Part shown: piece by piece, positions 1 through 9,672 of the stretch
Numbering within the stretch: position 1 is the first letter of the stretch
Layout: the number at the start of each line of letters is the position of its first letter
DNA from: Promethearchaeota archaeon
GTDB taxonomy: Archaea; Asgardarchaeota; Lokiarchaeia; Sigyniarchaeales; SOKP01
Assembly: GCA_048938855.1 (NCBI GenBank)
Contig: JBHLLT010000015.1
Coordinates: forward strand, 1 to 64,000
Direction of reading: 5' to 3'
Length of the DNA stretch: 64,000 nucleotides
Notes under the pieces: model-generated
Told to the model about the DNA's origin: nothing
What the model saw: the letters and a program-made list of their open reading frames with translations, nothing else
The model's database searches: none
Program-made: the position numbers and the translations under genes

Positions 1-1
1 T

Positions 2-364
2 TTATTCCTTCTTTTCTAACTCTTCAATTCTTTTAGAGATATCGGCTATTGCATTATTAATTCCATCCATTTGTGATTCGAGATATTCTTTTTCTTGTTT
101 AAGCACATTTAATTGATTCTCGGGTGTTACAGTTGGTAGAATTCCAACTTGATATGAAGGATAAATTGGTGCATACATCGGGATTCTATAACCCCAACCT
201 CGACCTCTTCCATAACCTACTCCCCAACCTCTGCCCCAACCTCGACCAAATCCCATTCCAGGACCCTTTGTATAACCTGGAGTATCATAACCTGAGCAAT
301 ATCCTAAACCTCTCCCCGTTCTTGAACCTAAACCTCGAGGTCCAGTTCTATCTCCACCTGGCAT
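2..364 (-). CDS. DUF5320 family Gly/Arg-rich protein with C-terminal coiled coil
   Basis: Begins MPGGDRTGPRGLGSRTGRGLGYC. The ATG at 364 lies 8 nt after SD GAGGTGA; the track's GTG start is inside the SD. Confidence 0.8.
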   Translation of the reverse strand: MPGGDRTGPRGLGSRTGRGLGYCSGYDTPGYTKGPGMGFGRGWGRGWGVGYGRGRGWGYRIPMYAPIYPSYQVGILPTVTPENQLNVLKQEKEYLESQMDGINNAIADISKRIEELEKKE

Positions 365-386
365 ATAATTTTTCACCTCTATTTTC

Positions 387-461
387 TGAATATTTATTCA
401 TTATTTCTATCTATTATATTAGTAGTAAACAACTTATTTAAATATTATGAATATATATTCA
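387..461. promoter_or_regulatory. Two copies of palindrome TGAATATWTATTCA (387-400, 448-461), probable operator pair
   Basis: 448-461 is a perfect 14-bp palindrome; 387-400 differs at one central base. Both lie upstream of the DUF5320 gene. Confidence 0.55.
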
Positions 462-640
462 AAAAAACTATATTATAATATTTTTTTAATAGTAAATTAT
501 GATTTAAAAATAATTATATTTGCAATCTCTAATTATTTTTAATTATTCTAAAATTAAATAAAATGTTTATTTAATTTCAACATAAAAATTTAATTCGATT
601 TGAATAAAGTTTGAAAAAAAGATAAGATAATTTTTTTATA

Positions 641-654
641 TTAGGTAAACCTAA
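641..654. promoter_or_regulatory. DtxR/SirR-type metal-repressor box TTAGGTAAACCTAA
   Basis: Near-perfect palindrome directly after the TATA-like TTTATA, upstream of feoA. Confidence 0.65.
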
Positions 655-689
655 ATTAAATTAAAGAAATTTTCTACAAATTCTGTATT

Positions 690-971
690 ATGAAGTCTGA
701 TTTAAATAAAGAATCTTCGAAACATCTTGTTCGTCCTTTATTCTTTGAGAATTTAATTAGCTGCCCAATAGGTAAAAATTTAAGAGTAGAAAAAGTAAAT
801 GTGGGTCGTCATGCGAAAATAAGACTCGCTTGTTTAGGTATCATTCCAAGAGTTGAAATAATAAAAAAGAAAGCAGCTCCTTTTCATGGCCCAGTTGAGA
901 TCATTGTAAAAGGGGCTTCTTTAGTAATAGGCAGAGGTTTAGCAGCAAAAATATTAGTCAAGAGGATTTAA
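690..971 (+). CDS. feoA: Ferrous iron transport protein A
   Basis: RLACLGIIP...APFHGPVEIIVKGASLVIGRGLAAKI FeoA motif; next to feoB. Confidence 0.9.
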   Translation: MKSDLNKESSKHLVRPLFFENLISCPIGKNLRVEKVNVGRHAKIRLACLGIIPRVEIIKKKAAPFHGPVEIIVKGASLVIGRGLAAKILVKRI

Positions 972-1276
972 TATTAATTTTACGATATCTACATAATTCT
1001 TTTTAGTCATATTCAAATCATTTCAACTTTTTATTCTGAAATATAAATGAGAGATTTATAATCTCTGGTATAGAATATTATCTGCTAAGATTAACAAAGA
1101 AATTGTAAATTTAAAGAATTAAAATATAACCTTGTAATGTAAAACGAATAATCTTTTTCATTAAAGCCATTAGATAAAATAATCTTGAATTAAAATATTA
1201 ATTACAAAGGTTTTGGTATTAAATATTGAAGTAAGAATATTTAATTTCCAATCTTTTAAAAAGGAAAAATTTATAT

Positions 1277-1290
1277 TTAGGTATGACTAA
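1277..1290. promoter_or_regulatory. Second DtxR/SirR-type box TTAGGTATGACTAA
   Basis: Same position relative to TTTATAT as the first box, upstream of feoA2-feoB. Confidence 0.6.
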
Positions 1291-1355
1291 ATTTAAAATG
1301 TGAATACTGCTTTTAAAAAAAATTCCATTTAAGGTGAAGAATAATAATTGAACCT

Positions 1356-1643
1356 GTGTATAATGATGATTTAAAAAAACCTAAATCATACGCAACGCTT
1401 CTCAAATGTCTAACAGAATGTAAAAAAGGAACATTTGTTGAAGTTGTTAATGTAAATGCAGGTTTTAAAGCTAAGAGGCGTCTTGCTAATCTAGGAATTG
1501 TTCCGGGAGTAAAAATAATAAAGAAGAAATCTGCTCCCTTAAGAGGACCAATAGAAGTAGTTGTAAGAGGAACATCATTAGTGATAGGAAGAGGACTCGC
1601 AGAAAAAATTATAGTAAAATGCAAAGAAGAATGCGAATTATAA
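1356..1643 (+). CDS. feoA: Ferrous iron transport protein A, second copy (true start may be ATA/ATT at 1344/1347)
   Basis: RRLANLGIVPG...APLRGPIEVVVRGTSLVIGRGLAEKI. Confidence 0.9.
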   Translation: MYNDDLKKPKSYATLLKCLTECKKGTFVEVVNVNAGFKAKRRLANLGIVPGVKIIKKKSAPLRGPIEVVVRGTSLVIGRGLAEKIIVKCKEECEL

Positions 1644-1676
1644 TATAATGCATTAGAAATTTTTTAGCAATTAATT

Positions 1677-3830
1677 ATGAGTTGTCATTTACCACACACA
1701 CCCAAAGGAAAAAAGATATATCAAGATAAGAGTTCAATCAATATTGCTTTAGCTGGTAATCCGAATGTAGGTAAATCTGTTATATTTAATCAGTTAACAG
1801 GACTTTCACAAACAATTGGAAATTGGCCTGGAAAGACAGTTGAAAAAATGGAGGGCTATTTGGATTTCCTTGGTTACGATTTTAATATTGTAGATTTACC
1901 AGGGATTTATTCATTATCAACATATAGTATTGAAGAGATTGTAAGTAGAGAATTTATTGTCTCTGAGGATGTTGATCTTATAATAAATGTAATTGATGCT
2001 ACTAATTTGGAACGAAATTTATTTTTCACTTTCCAACTTTTAGAGTTAAAAGTTCCAATAATTCTTGCTATTAATCAAATGGATATTTTACATAAGAGAC
2101 ATATGGATATAGATTTTAAAAAATTAGAAAAAATAATTAAATTACCTGTTGTACCTCTTGTTGCAACTCATGGGGTTGGAGTTCATCAACTTCTTGAAAA
2201 AGCAATAGAAATGGTAGGAATCCATCACCCTCGTATACATCATAATGAATATAGAGACAAACACGAACAACATCATCAAGATCATCATTATCATCAAGAT
2301 CATGCTAAAAAAAATGAAGAACAAAAACAAATATTAAGAAAAAAATTTGATTTTCCAGAATTATCTGATATTCTTTCTTTTGGTAAAGAAGTTGAGAACA
2401 ACATTAAAGAACTTACTGATTCTATTAATGTCGAAAAAGATTTTTTTACTCATAACCATTATCCTTCAAGATTTTTAGCAATAAAACTATTAGAAAATGA
2501 TGAAGAGATTAAAAAACTGTTTCTAAGTCATGAATCAAATTCCAAAATCACTCAAACAGCAGATAATTTAAGAATCGAGCTTGAAAATGTTCATGGGGAA
2601 GATATTAGTACCATTATCTCTTCAGAAATTTATAATAACATTAATAAAATAACACAACAGGTTTTATTTATAAAATCTGGTAAACAAGCTAAGAATATCT
2701 CATTAGCTGATAAATTAGATCACATTACCACTCATTCTGTATTTGGTTATGTCATATTAATTTTGGCTATTTTTGGTATATATATTTTCACATTTTCAAT
2801 AGGAAATTTTTTAGGTAGTCTATTAGATAATTCATATGGTCTATGGACTGAAGTTATTCATTCTGTATTTGGTGAAAATACAATCCTTGTAAGGATTTTT
2901 TGGGATGGAGGAATGGGAGGAATTATTGGTGCAATTGGGGGTGTCTTAGTCTATGTAGTCCCATTTTTCTTTATAATTGAAATATTACAAGACTCTGGAT
3001 ATTTACCAAGAGCAGCCTTCTTAATGGATAGAATTATGCATATAATTGGAGTTCACGGAAAAACTATAATCCCCATGATTTTAGGTTTTGGTTGTAATGT
3101 ACCTGCATGTGCAGGTTGTAGAATAATGGAAACAGAAAGAGAAAAAAAGATATCTATTGTGTTAACTTCACTAATACCCTGTGCGGCAACAATGACTGTG
3201 GTTATGGGATTAGTAGGAAGATATTTAGGTTTTGGATGGGTTATTTTTCTTTTTATTATAAATTTTTCAGTAATACTCATTGTAGGTAGGATTCTGAATA
3301 AAATCATGCCGGGAAGTTGTACAGAATTAATTATGGAAATGCATGAATACCGAATGCCAAACTATAACGTTATTATAAAACAAACTTGGTTACGAACAAA
3401 AGAATTTGTATTTAAAGCATTTCCAATAATTGTTATTTTGGGAGTTTTATTAGAAATTTTATTAATTTTCAACGCTCTAGAGCCAGTAAATTTCATATTA
3501 TATCCAATTACTGTATTATGGCTAGGATTACCTGCTACGGTTGGTATATTTTTAATTTATGGTATTCTACGTAAAGAGTTAACATTAGTTTTACTAGCAC
3601 TTTTTGCAGAAAATTTAGGCGTAACTCTTACAGTGCTCATATCACCTATTCAGATGATAATTTTTAGTTTAGTAACAATGCTTTATATCCCTTGTTTTGC
3701 AACTATAATTATCATTGCTAAACAAACGAATTGGAAATACGCATTAAAAATCTCAGCAATGGAAATAGGTATTGCTCTATTAATTGGAGGAATTATCAAC
3801 TGGGTATATCTTCTTTTTTCAAGTCTTTAA
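1677..3830 (+). CDS. feoB: Ferrous iron transporter B with His-rich linker
   Basis: GNPNVGKS, NWPGKTVE, DLPG and NQMD G-motifs; GFGCNVPA and YIPC gate motifs. Confidence 0.95.
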   Translation: MSCHLPHTPKGKKIYQDKSSINIALAGNPNVGKSVIFNQLTGLSQTIGNWPGKTVEKMEGYLDFLGYDFNIVDLPGIYSLSTYSIEEIVSREFIVSEDVDLIINVIDATNLERNLFFTFQLLELKVPIILAINQMDILHKRHMDIDFKKLEKIIKLPVVPLVATHGVGVHQLLEKAIEMVGIHHPRIHHNEYRDKHEQHHQDHHYHQDHAKKNEEQKQILRKKFDFPELSDILSFGKEVENNIKELTDSINVEKDFFTHNHYPSRFLAIKLLENDEEIKKLFLSHESNSKITQTADNLRIELENVHGEDISTIISSEIYNNINKITQQVLFIKSGKQAKNISLADKLDHITTHSVFGYVILILAIFGIYIFTFSIGNFLGSLLDNSYGLWTEVIHSVFGENTILVRIFWDGGMGGIIGAIGGVLVYVVPFFFIIEILQDSGYLPRAAFLMDRIMHIIGVHGKTIIPMILGFGCNVPACAGCRIMETEREKKISIVLTSLIPCAATMTVVMGLVGRYLGFGWVIFLFIINFSVILIVGRILNKIMPGSCTELIMEMHEYRMPNYNVIIKQTWLRTKEFVFKAFPIIVILGVLLEILLIFNALEPVNFILYPITVLWLGLPATVGIFLIYGILRKELTLVLLALFAENLGVTLTVLISPIQMIIFSLVTMLYIPCFATIIIIAKQTNWKYALKISAMEIGIALLIGGIINWVYLLFSSL

Positions 3831-4077
3831 ACCAATTTTATAATAAAAACCTTTGAGTATCTAAAAAAGCATCAATAAAAATTGAATGTTTAAGAAAACC
3901 TAATACTAATTTTCAATATTTTTTGATATATTATAAATTAGTAAGGTTTTTTTCTTCTGTATCATAAACGTGAGATTTAATAGTTTCTTTTTTTATTTTA
4001 GTATAGCTTAAAATTTATGAAAATTTAACTTATTAGCTTAGAAATTATAATTAATGAAAATAAAAGGGTGATTTAAA

Positions 4078-4443
4078 ATTAGTGAAAAACAAAAATCAAT
4101 TTTGTATGTTCAGACTAGTCATGATCCAGAACGCCAATATTCGCCTTTAGTTCTAGCTCAAACTGCTAAAGCAATGGATATAAAAGCCACAGTTTATTAT
4201 TTAGGCACAGGATTAAGAATTTTAAAACCCGGAGAAGCAGAAAGAATAAAACTCGGTGAATTTCCAAGTGTAAAAGAGATGATAGATAGAACACTTGAGA
4301 TGGGTGTTGAAATTCTTGTTTGTGAAGCGTCTAAAAGAATGCTTGGCTGGGAAAAGGTAGAATTAATTCCAGGCGTCAAAATTGTTGGAGCTGCTACCTT
4401 AAATGATTTAGTATTAGAAGCTGATGCTACTCAATGGTTTTAA
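4078..4443 (+). CDS. DsrE/DsrF-like family protein (probable ATT start at 4078; track start TTG 4102)
   Basis: ILYVQT...VYYLGTG...GVEILVCEAS...GAATL pattern; SD GGGTGA 6 nt before ATT. Confidence 0.75.
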   Translation: MSEKQKSILYVQTSHDPERQYSPLVLAQTAKAMDIKATVYYLGTGLRILKPGEAERIKLGEFPSVKEMIDRTLEMGVEILVCEASKRMLGWEKVELIPGVKIVGAATLNDLVLEADATQWF

Positions 4444-4528
4444 TTTTTAATAGTTTAAGAGTAAGATAAGATAGACAAGATATAGATATTAATACATATC
4501 AATTTAAAATAATTGTATTAGAATTTCT

Positions 4529-4645
4529 ATGCCTTCAACTATTTTTTCCCATCAAGTTCCTGAATTAGCTTTACAGATTAAATTTCCTAAAAATTTGGAT
4601 GGAAAAGCTTGATACCCAGGGACATTTTTGCTATTTTTTATCTGA
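4529..4645 (+). pseudogene. N-terminal remnant of a DUF4184-like protein
   Basis: Reads MPSTIFSHQVPELALQIKFPKNLDGKA*YPGTF.., resembling the MPxTxSH start of DUF4184; stops at 4610 and 4643. Confidence 0.45.
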
Positions 4646-4699
4646 AATTTATTTTTACGTGTTTATGCATAGTTTAGTCGGTAAAAGTGAGTTAATATA

Positions 4700-6244
4700 T
4701 TAATTTCTATCATACAATCTACTAAGAAATCTTATTTCTTCACCCTTTTCTGGAGTTAATTGATCCCAAGTAAATCTCCATTCCCAATTATTTCCTATTT
4801 TGCCAGGAAAATTCATCCTAGCCTCATCTCCAAGCCTTAAAAGATCTTGAACAGGGATTATGGCCATTTTTGCAACAGAACCCCAGGCAAGGCGAATTAA
4901 ATCACCTACGATATCTTTCCCATCTGAATTTGTATACTCAATAACAACCTTTTTAGCTTGTCTAGATAAATTATCAAACCAAGATTTTGTCGTCTGATTA
5001 TCATGTGTTCCGGTATAGACTAATGTATTTTTGTCAAAAAAATGAGGAAGATATGATTTTTCATTAGAAGTTCGATCTTTGTCTCCAAAAGCAAATTGTA
5101 AAACTCTCATTCCAGGAAAACCAGTTTGTTCTAGCAAATTTTTCACTTTGGGAGTAATAATACCCAAATCCTCTGCAATAATGGGAAGAAAACCTAATTT
5201 TTCTTTCAATGTTGAAAATAGATCCAATCCTGGTCCTGGAATCCATTTCCCAACAACTGCTGTTGATTCACTTGCAGGGATTTGCCAATAAGATTCAAAT
5301 CCACGAAAATGATCTATACGTAAAATATCAACTTTTTCAAGATTATGTTTTATCCGTTGAATCCACCATTTATATCCTTGTTTTTTCATCAAATCCCAAT
5401 TATATAAAGGATTCCCCCACCGCTGTCCTGATGAAGAAAAATAATCAGGTGGAACACCTGCAACGTATATTAATTCTCTTTTGTCGTCCAAAAAATATAG
5501 TTCTGGATTTGACCAAAGATCTGCTGAATCATATGCAACAAAGATTGGTATATCTCCAATAATTTGAATATTTCTAAGATTTGCGTATTTTTTAACATTA
5601 TTCCATTGTTTAAAGAAAATAAATTGAATAAACTGCTGAAATTTAATTTCTCTTTCATTATCCTTTTTCCATCTTTCTAAAGCTTTTTTATCTCGAAATC
5701 GTAAATCTTCATCCCATTTATTCCAAGGTTTTAATTCATTAACTCGCTTAATTGACATATATAAACTAAAATCATCTAACCAAAACAGATTTTTACTTAC
5801 AAATTCAGTAAAATCATATTCTAGCTTGATTGGTGGATTTTTACTATAATTATTAAATGCAAGTTCTAAGATGCCCCATTTATAAGGAATTACTCTTCCG
5901 TAATCAATATAATGTTCTGAAAATGGTTCTTCAGGTTTACACTGATTTTTGAGTAATAACCCTATGTTACATAGCTCTTCAATACTGATAATCATTGGAT
6001 TTCCCGCAAATGCTGAAAAACATTGATATGGAGAATTTCCATATCCTGTAGGTCCTAAAGGTAGGATCTGCCAAACATTTTGCTCATAATCATGCAAATA
6101 ATCAATAAATTTATATATTTCTGGGCCTAAATCCCCAATACCATACTCTCCTGGTAAACTTATTGGATGTAGTAGGACTCCTCCATATCTTCCTTTGTAA
6201 GATTCATTTTTTAAAATCTCTTTTTCTTCATTTGGAGAGGTCAT
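4700..6244 (-). CDS. malQ: 4-alpha-glucanotransferase (amylomaltase, GH77)
   Basis: GVLLHPISLP, GVPPDYFS, RIDHFRG, IAEDLG, YTGTHDN. Confidence 0.95.
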   Translation of the reverse strand: MTSPNEEKEILKNESYKGRYGGVLLHPISLPGEYGIGDLGPEIYKFIDYLHDYEQNVWQILPLGPTGYGNSPYQCFSAFAGNPMIISIEELCNIGLLLKNQCKPEEPFSEHYIDYGRVIPYKWGILELAFNNYSKNPPIKLEYDFTEFVSKNLFWLDDFSLYMSIKRVNELKPWNKWDEDLRFRDKKALERWKKDNEREIKFQQFIQFIFFKQWNNVKKYANLRNIQIIGDIPIFVAYDSADLWSNPELYFLDDKRELIYVAGVPPDYFSSSGQRWGNPLYNWDLMKKQGYKWWIQRIKHNLEKVDILRIDHFRGFESYWQIPASESTAVVGKWIPGPGLDLFSTLKEKLGFLPIIAEDLGIITPKVKNLLEQTGFPGMRVLQFAFGDKDRTSNEKSYLPHFFDKNTLVYTGTHDNQTTKSWFDNLSRQAKKVVIEYTNSDGKDIVGDLIRLAWGSVAKMAIIPVQDLLRLGDEARMNFPGKIGNNWEWRFTWDQLTPEKGEEIRFLSRLYDRN

Positions 6245-6342
6245 ATAGAATTCTAATCCTTTTATTTATTTTTTATTTATTAATAATTAATCTGGTAGTT
6301 AATTATATCCAGAAATACAATATAAAAAAAATAAAAAAAAAT

Positions 6343-7908
6343 TTATGATATAGGTTTTATCCTTAGTTTTGTCTTTTTTTCAAAGAAATGGATCTGTTCT
6401 TTATTAAAGCTGACATAGACTTCATCATCAACTTTAAGAGAACTGATACCTTCCAATTTTACAATCATTATAAATTCCTTAGGAACATCAATGTATGCAT
6501 CTTTTTCACTAGCGGATTTGGGAAAATCAATATATAGAAAAGTATCTGATCCTATTGGTTCGGAGACGCCAATTGCTACTTTATAGCGATTTTCTTCAGA
6601 TTCTCCAGGATTTACTTTAATATGTTCTGGTCGTATCCCCAAAATAATTTCTTGATTGATATATTTTTTTAATATGTTATATCTTTCCGATATTTTATAT
6701 TTTAACACTTTACTAGTAAAAAACAATGAGTTATCTATTTCCTGGATTTTTCCAGTAACAAAATTCATAGCGGGAGAACCAATAAAACCTGCTACAAATA
6801 TATTAATCGGTCTTAAATACACTTCATCAGGTGTTCCAACTTGTTGTAGTAAACCTTCATTCATAACTGCAATTCTATGACCTAATGTCATTGCTTCTAT
6901 TTGATCATGAGTGACATAAATTGATGTAACTCCTAACCTCTTTGATAATCTCTGCAATTCAGCTCTCATTTGAACCCTCAACTTTGCATCCAAATTACTA
7001 AGCGGCTCATCCAAAAGAAAAACAGTAGGATTTCGAATAATGGCTCGACCAAGAGCAACACGCTGGCGTTGTCCTCCGCTTAATTGTTTAGGCTTTTTAT
7101 ATAAATGATCCTCAAGTTCTAATAATTGAGCTGTGTTTTTGACTTTTTCTTCAATTTCTTGTTCAAGCTTCAAATATTCTTCGATAGATTTCTTCGGCTT
7201 TCGTTTTAAAATTTGATCAAATAAATATATTAACCCGAGAACTCCGAGAGCTGCTATAACAGTTATTATAATTGTTGTTACTAAGGTCATTAAACCACTT
7301 TGATATAGCGATATTACAATCATGAATAGGAATAAATAAGGGATTGGACAAATAATTATGTATGTGATGAAATTAGCCATAGTTACTAATGTAATAAGTT
7401 TATTACGTATCGTCTTTCTAGCATCAGAAAATAAAACTATTGTCGCGAAAAAACTAACTACTCCTGCAATAAAAATTGTATTTCCAAAACCAATCAATAT
7501 CAAATTAAGAAGAGTTCCAATTCCAAAGAGAGCCGCTATAATGTAAATGTAAAAACATAATATTATTGTTGTAATAAGTTTTTTCCCTGATTTAATGGAT
7601 TTTGCTCTTAAACCAAAAGCTAAATTATCATAGACATTATAATGAGGATATAAAGCATAACTTTGAAAAACCATCGCTATTTTTCGGTCTTTTGGTTCAA
7701 CCTCATTGACTATTTTTCCATCAATCTTTATAGTTCCTTCTGTTATTTGATCTAGCCCAGCTAACATCCTCAATGATGTAGACTTACCACATCCAGATGG
7801 TCCTACTAAGCAAAGAAACTCATGATCTTCAATTTCTAAATTAAAGTTTTTAACTGCAGTAAAATTACCAAACCTTTTTGTAACATTTTCATATTTTACT
7901 TTTGCCAT
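6343..7908 (-). CDS. malK: Sugar ABC transporter ATPase (MalK-type) with inserted hydrophobic segment
   Basis: GPSGCGKS, LSGGQRQR, LLDEPLSNLD, YVTHDQ, TOBE domain; ~145-aa hydrophobic insert. Confidence 0.9.
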   Translation of the reverse strand: MAKVKYENVTKRFGNFTAVKNFNLEIEDHEFLCLVGPSGCGKSTSLRMLAGLDQITEGTIKIDGKIVNEVEPKDRKIAMVFQSYALYPHYNVYDNLAFGLRAKSIKSGKKLITTIILCFYIYIIAALFGIGTLLNLILIGFGNTIFIAGVVSFFATIVLFSDARKTIRNKLITLVTMANFITYIIICPIPYLFLFMIVISLYQSGLMTLVTTIIITVIAALGVLGLIYLFDQILKRKPKKSIEEYLKLEQEIEEKVKNTAQLLELEDHLYKKPKQLSGGQRQRVALGRAIIRNPTVFLLDEPLSNLDAKLRVQMRAELQRLSKRLGVTSIYVTHDQIEAMTLGHRIAVMNEGLLQQVGTPDEVYLRPINIFVAGFIGSPAMNFVTGKIQEIDNSLFFTSKVLKYKISERYNILKKYINQEIILGIRPEHIKVNPGESEENRYKVAIGVSEPIGSDTFLYIDFPKSASEKDAYIDVPKEFIMIVKLEGISSLKVDDEVYVSFNKEQIHFFEKKTKLRIKPIS

Positions 7909-7923
7909 ATCTTATTTACCTCC

Positions 7924-9669
7924 TTATTTAACTCCTCCTGCTACTACTCCTGAAACAAGTTGCCGTTGTAATAACAAATAAAATATAATTACAGGTGCAG
8001 CGACTAGTATTGAATATGGGGATAAGAGTTCATAAAATGTTGGATTATCAGGAGCATTTAAATTTTGATAATTAAAAAACAATAATGGCAAAGTGGCTCT
8101 TGGATCAGTCTCTCCTATAAAGGTACGAGCCAAAACGAATTCCTGCCACGCGGAAAGAAAAGTGAATACCATTACTGCTATCATTCCTGATTTAGCAAGG
8201 GGGATTACTATTTTTATGAATGTAGAAAGCTTTCCATAACCGTCAATATATGCTGCTTCTTCAATATCCACTGGAATCGTTTCAAAATATCCTTTCATCA
8301 TCCAAGTTACATATGCGGTAGATCCAGTAGCCATTACCAATAAAAGCCCTAACAAAACGACAGGCCTCTCCAAAAACCCCAATGAGCTCATAATTACATA
8401 TTGTGGTATAAGTAGAATAATTGCTGGAAACATTTGAGTTGATAGGATTATAAAAGTCATAAATGCTTTACCTCTAAATTTGAAGCGAGCTAGTGCGTAA
8501 GCTGAAGTCACTGAGAGAACCAATCCAAAAAAACTCGTACCGAATCCAATGAAGAGGCTATTGGTGAGAGCATTTATAAAGGCAGGTTCATCTACTCCTA
8601 CTGTAAACATAACTGAAGAGTAGTTCATTATCATTGAACCGATAGGATCTCTGGGAATGCTTCCATGATTAATCTCAAATGGAGTTGAGATAGATGCGAT
8701 AACTGCGAGAAATACTGGAAATAAAGTAAAAAATAGATACAATATGAGTATAAAATAAAGGGGAACGGTTTTAAGGAATTTTTTTTCAAGTATACCGCTA
8801 ATCACAATTAAGACAAGAATTATGATTGGAACAATAAAAAGATATATATGTGTAAATGAAAAGATATTCCAAATAATGAGAATAATGGATATGAACACTA
8901 ACAATTTAGATATTATAGAAAAACTTTTTTTTGTTGTGATTTTATTCGATGGTTTGTTAGATTCAATTTCATTTTCTTTTTTCATCAATATCAATTGCCC
9001 TTCTTTGTCCATAATTATACCTGGATCATTTTCCCTACTTCTAATTTGATGTCTATGTCTAAGAAAAATGCTTATAGAGAATATGCAAATAATTAAAGAA
9101 GTTATTAGGAAGAGCAGACTAGTCATATCAATAATAGCGGATTCTAATCCAATATCAACTCGTATCCACTCATACCCAGATGATGTTCCTCCTAGAGGTG
9201 GTAACCTTTCAAGTATAATCAAACTATATCGTAGCCAAAATCCCAACACTGAAGCAACTAGACTAAAAAGAGCCATGATACCAATTAATATTTTTGATGT
9301 TTTAACCCAGGAACGTTTCGAAAGATATCGATAGATAATTATGACCGCGATTACCAAAAATAGGAAATTACCAAGTATGTAAAATATCATATTATTGATT
9401 AATAACGAAATTAGTTGTGAGAGTGGATAAGTTAGATAAATAGGATTAGCACTTTGCCATTGTGAGCCAGCTCCGGTAGTATATTTTATTCTATTCCATA
9501 ATATTGTTTCAGTTTCCCAAAAACCAACTACAATAAGAATAAAACTAAATAGCATAAGAAATAGTGATAAATAATCCCAATTCTTAGTAATACTTTTCAT
9601 TGGACTTCTCAGGAAAGAATCTTCTTCTATACCAATTGTCTTCACTTCTTTCTTTATTTCATTTAGCAT
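7924..9669 (-). CDS. malG: Sugar ABC permease (MalG-like) with long extra N-terminal TM region
   Basis: EEAAYIDG EAA loop and C-terminal GVVAGGVK. Confidence 0.85.
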   Translation of the reverse strand: MLNEIKKEVKTIGIEEDSFLRSPMKSITKNWDYLSLFLMLFSFILIVVGFWETETILWNRIKYTTGAGSQWQSANPIYLTYPLSQLISLLINNMIFYILGNFLFLVIAVIIIYRYLSKRSWVKTSKILIGIMALFSLVASVLGFWLRYSLIILERLPPLGGTSSGYEWIRVDIGLESAIIDMTSLLFLITSLIICIFSISIFLRHRHQIRSRENDPGIIMDKEGQLILMKKENEIESNKPSNKITTKKSFSIISKLLVFISIILIIWNIFSFTHIYLFIVPIIILVLIVISGILEKKFLKTVPLYFILILYLFFTLFPVFLAVIASISTPFEINHGSIPRDPIGSMIMNYSSVMFTVGVDEPAFINALTNSLFIGFGTSFFGLVLSVTSAYALARFKFRGKAFMTFIILSTQMFPAIILLIPQYVIMSSLGFLERPVVLLGLLLVMATGSTAYVTWMMKGYFETIPVDIEEAAYIDGYGKLSTFIKIVIPLAKSGMIAVMVFTFLSAWQEFVLARTFIGETDPRATLPLLFFNYQNLNAPDNPTFYELLSPYSILVAAPVIIFYLLLQRQLVSGVVAGGVK

Positions 9670-9672
9670 AGT

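Noticed and set aside
4529-4645. In-frame TGA in the DUF4184-like fragment as a second selenoprotein
   Set aside because: No Cys/redox context, a second TGA follows 11 codons later, and I saw no AUGA/GA hairpin downstream; better explained as a pseudogene.
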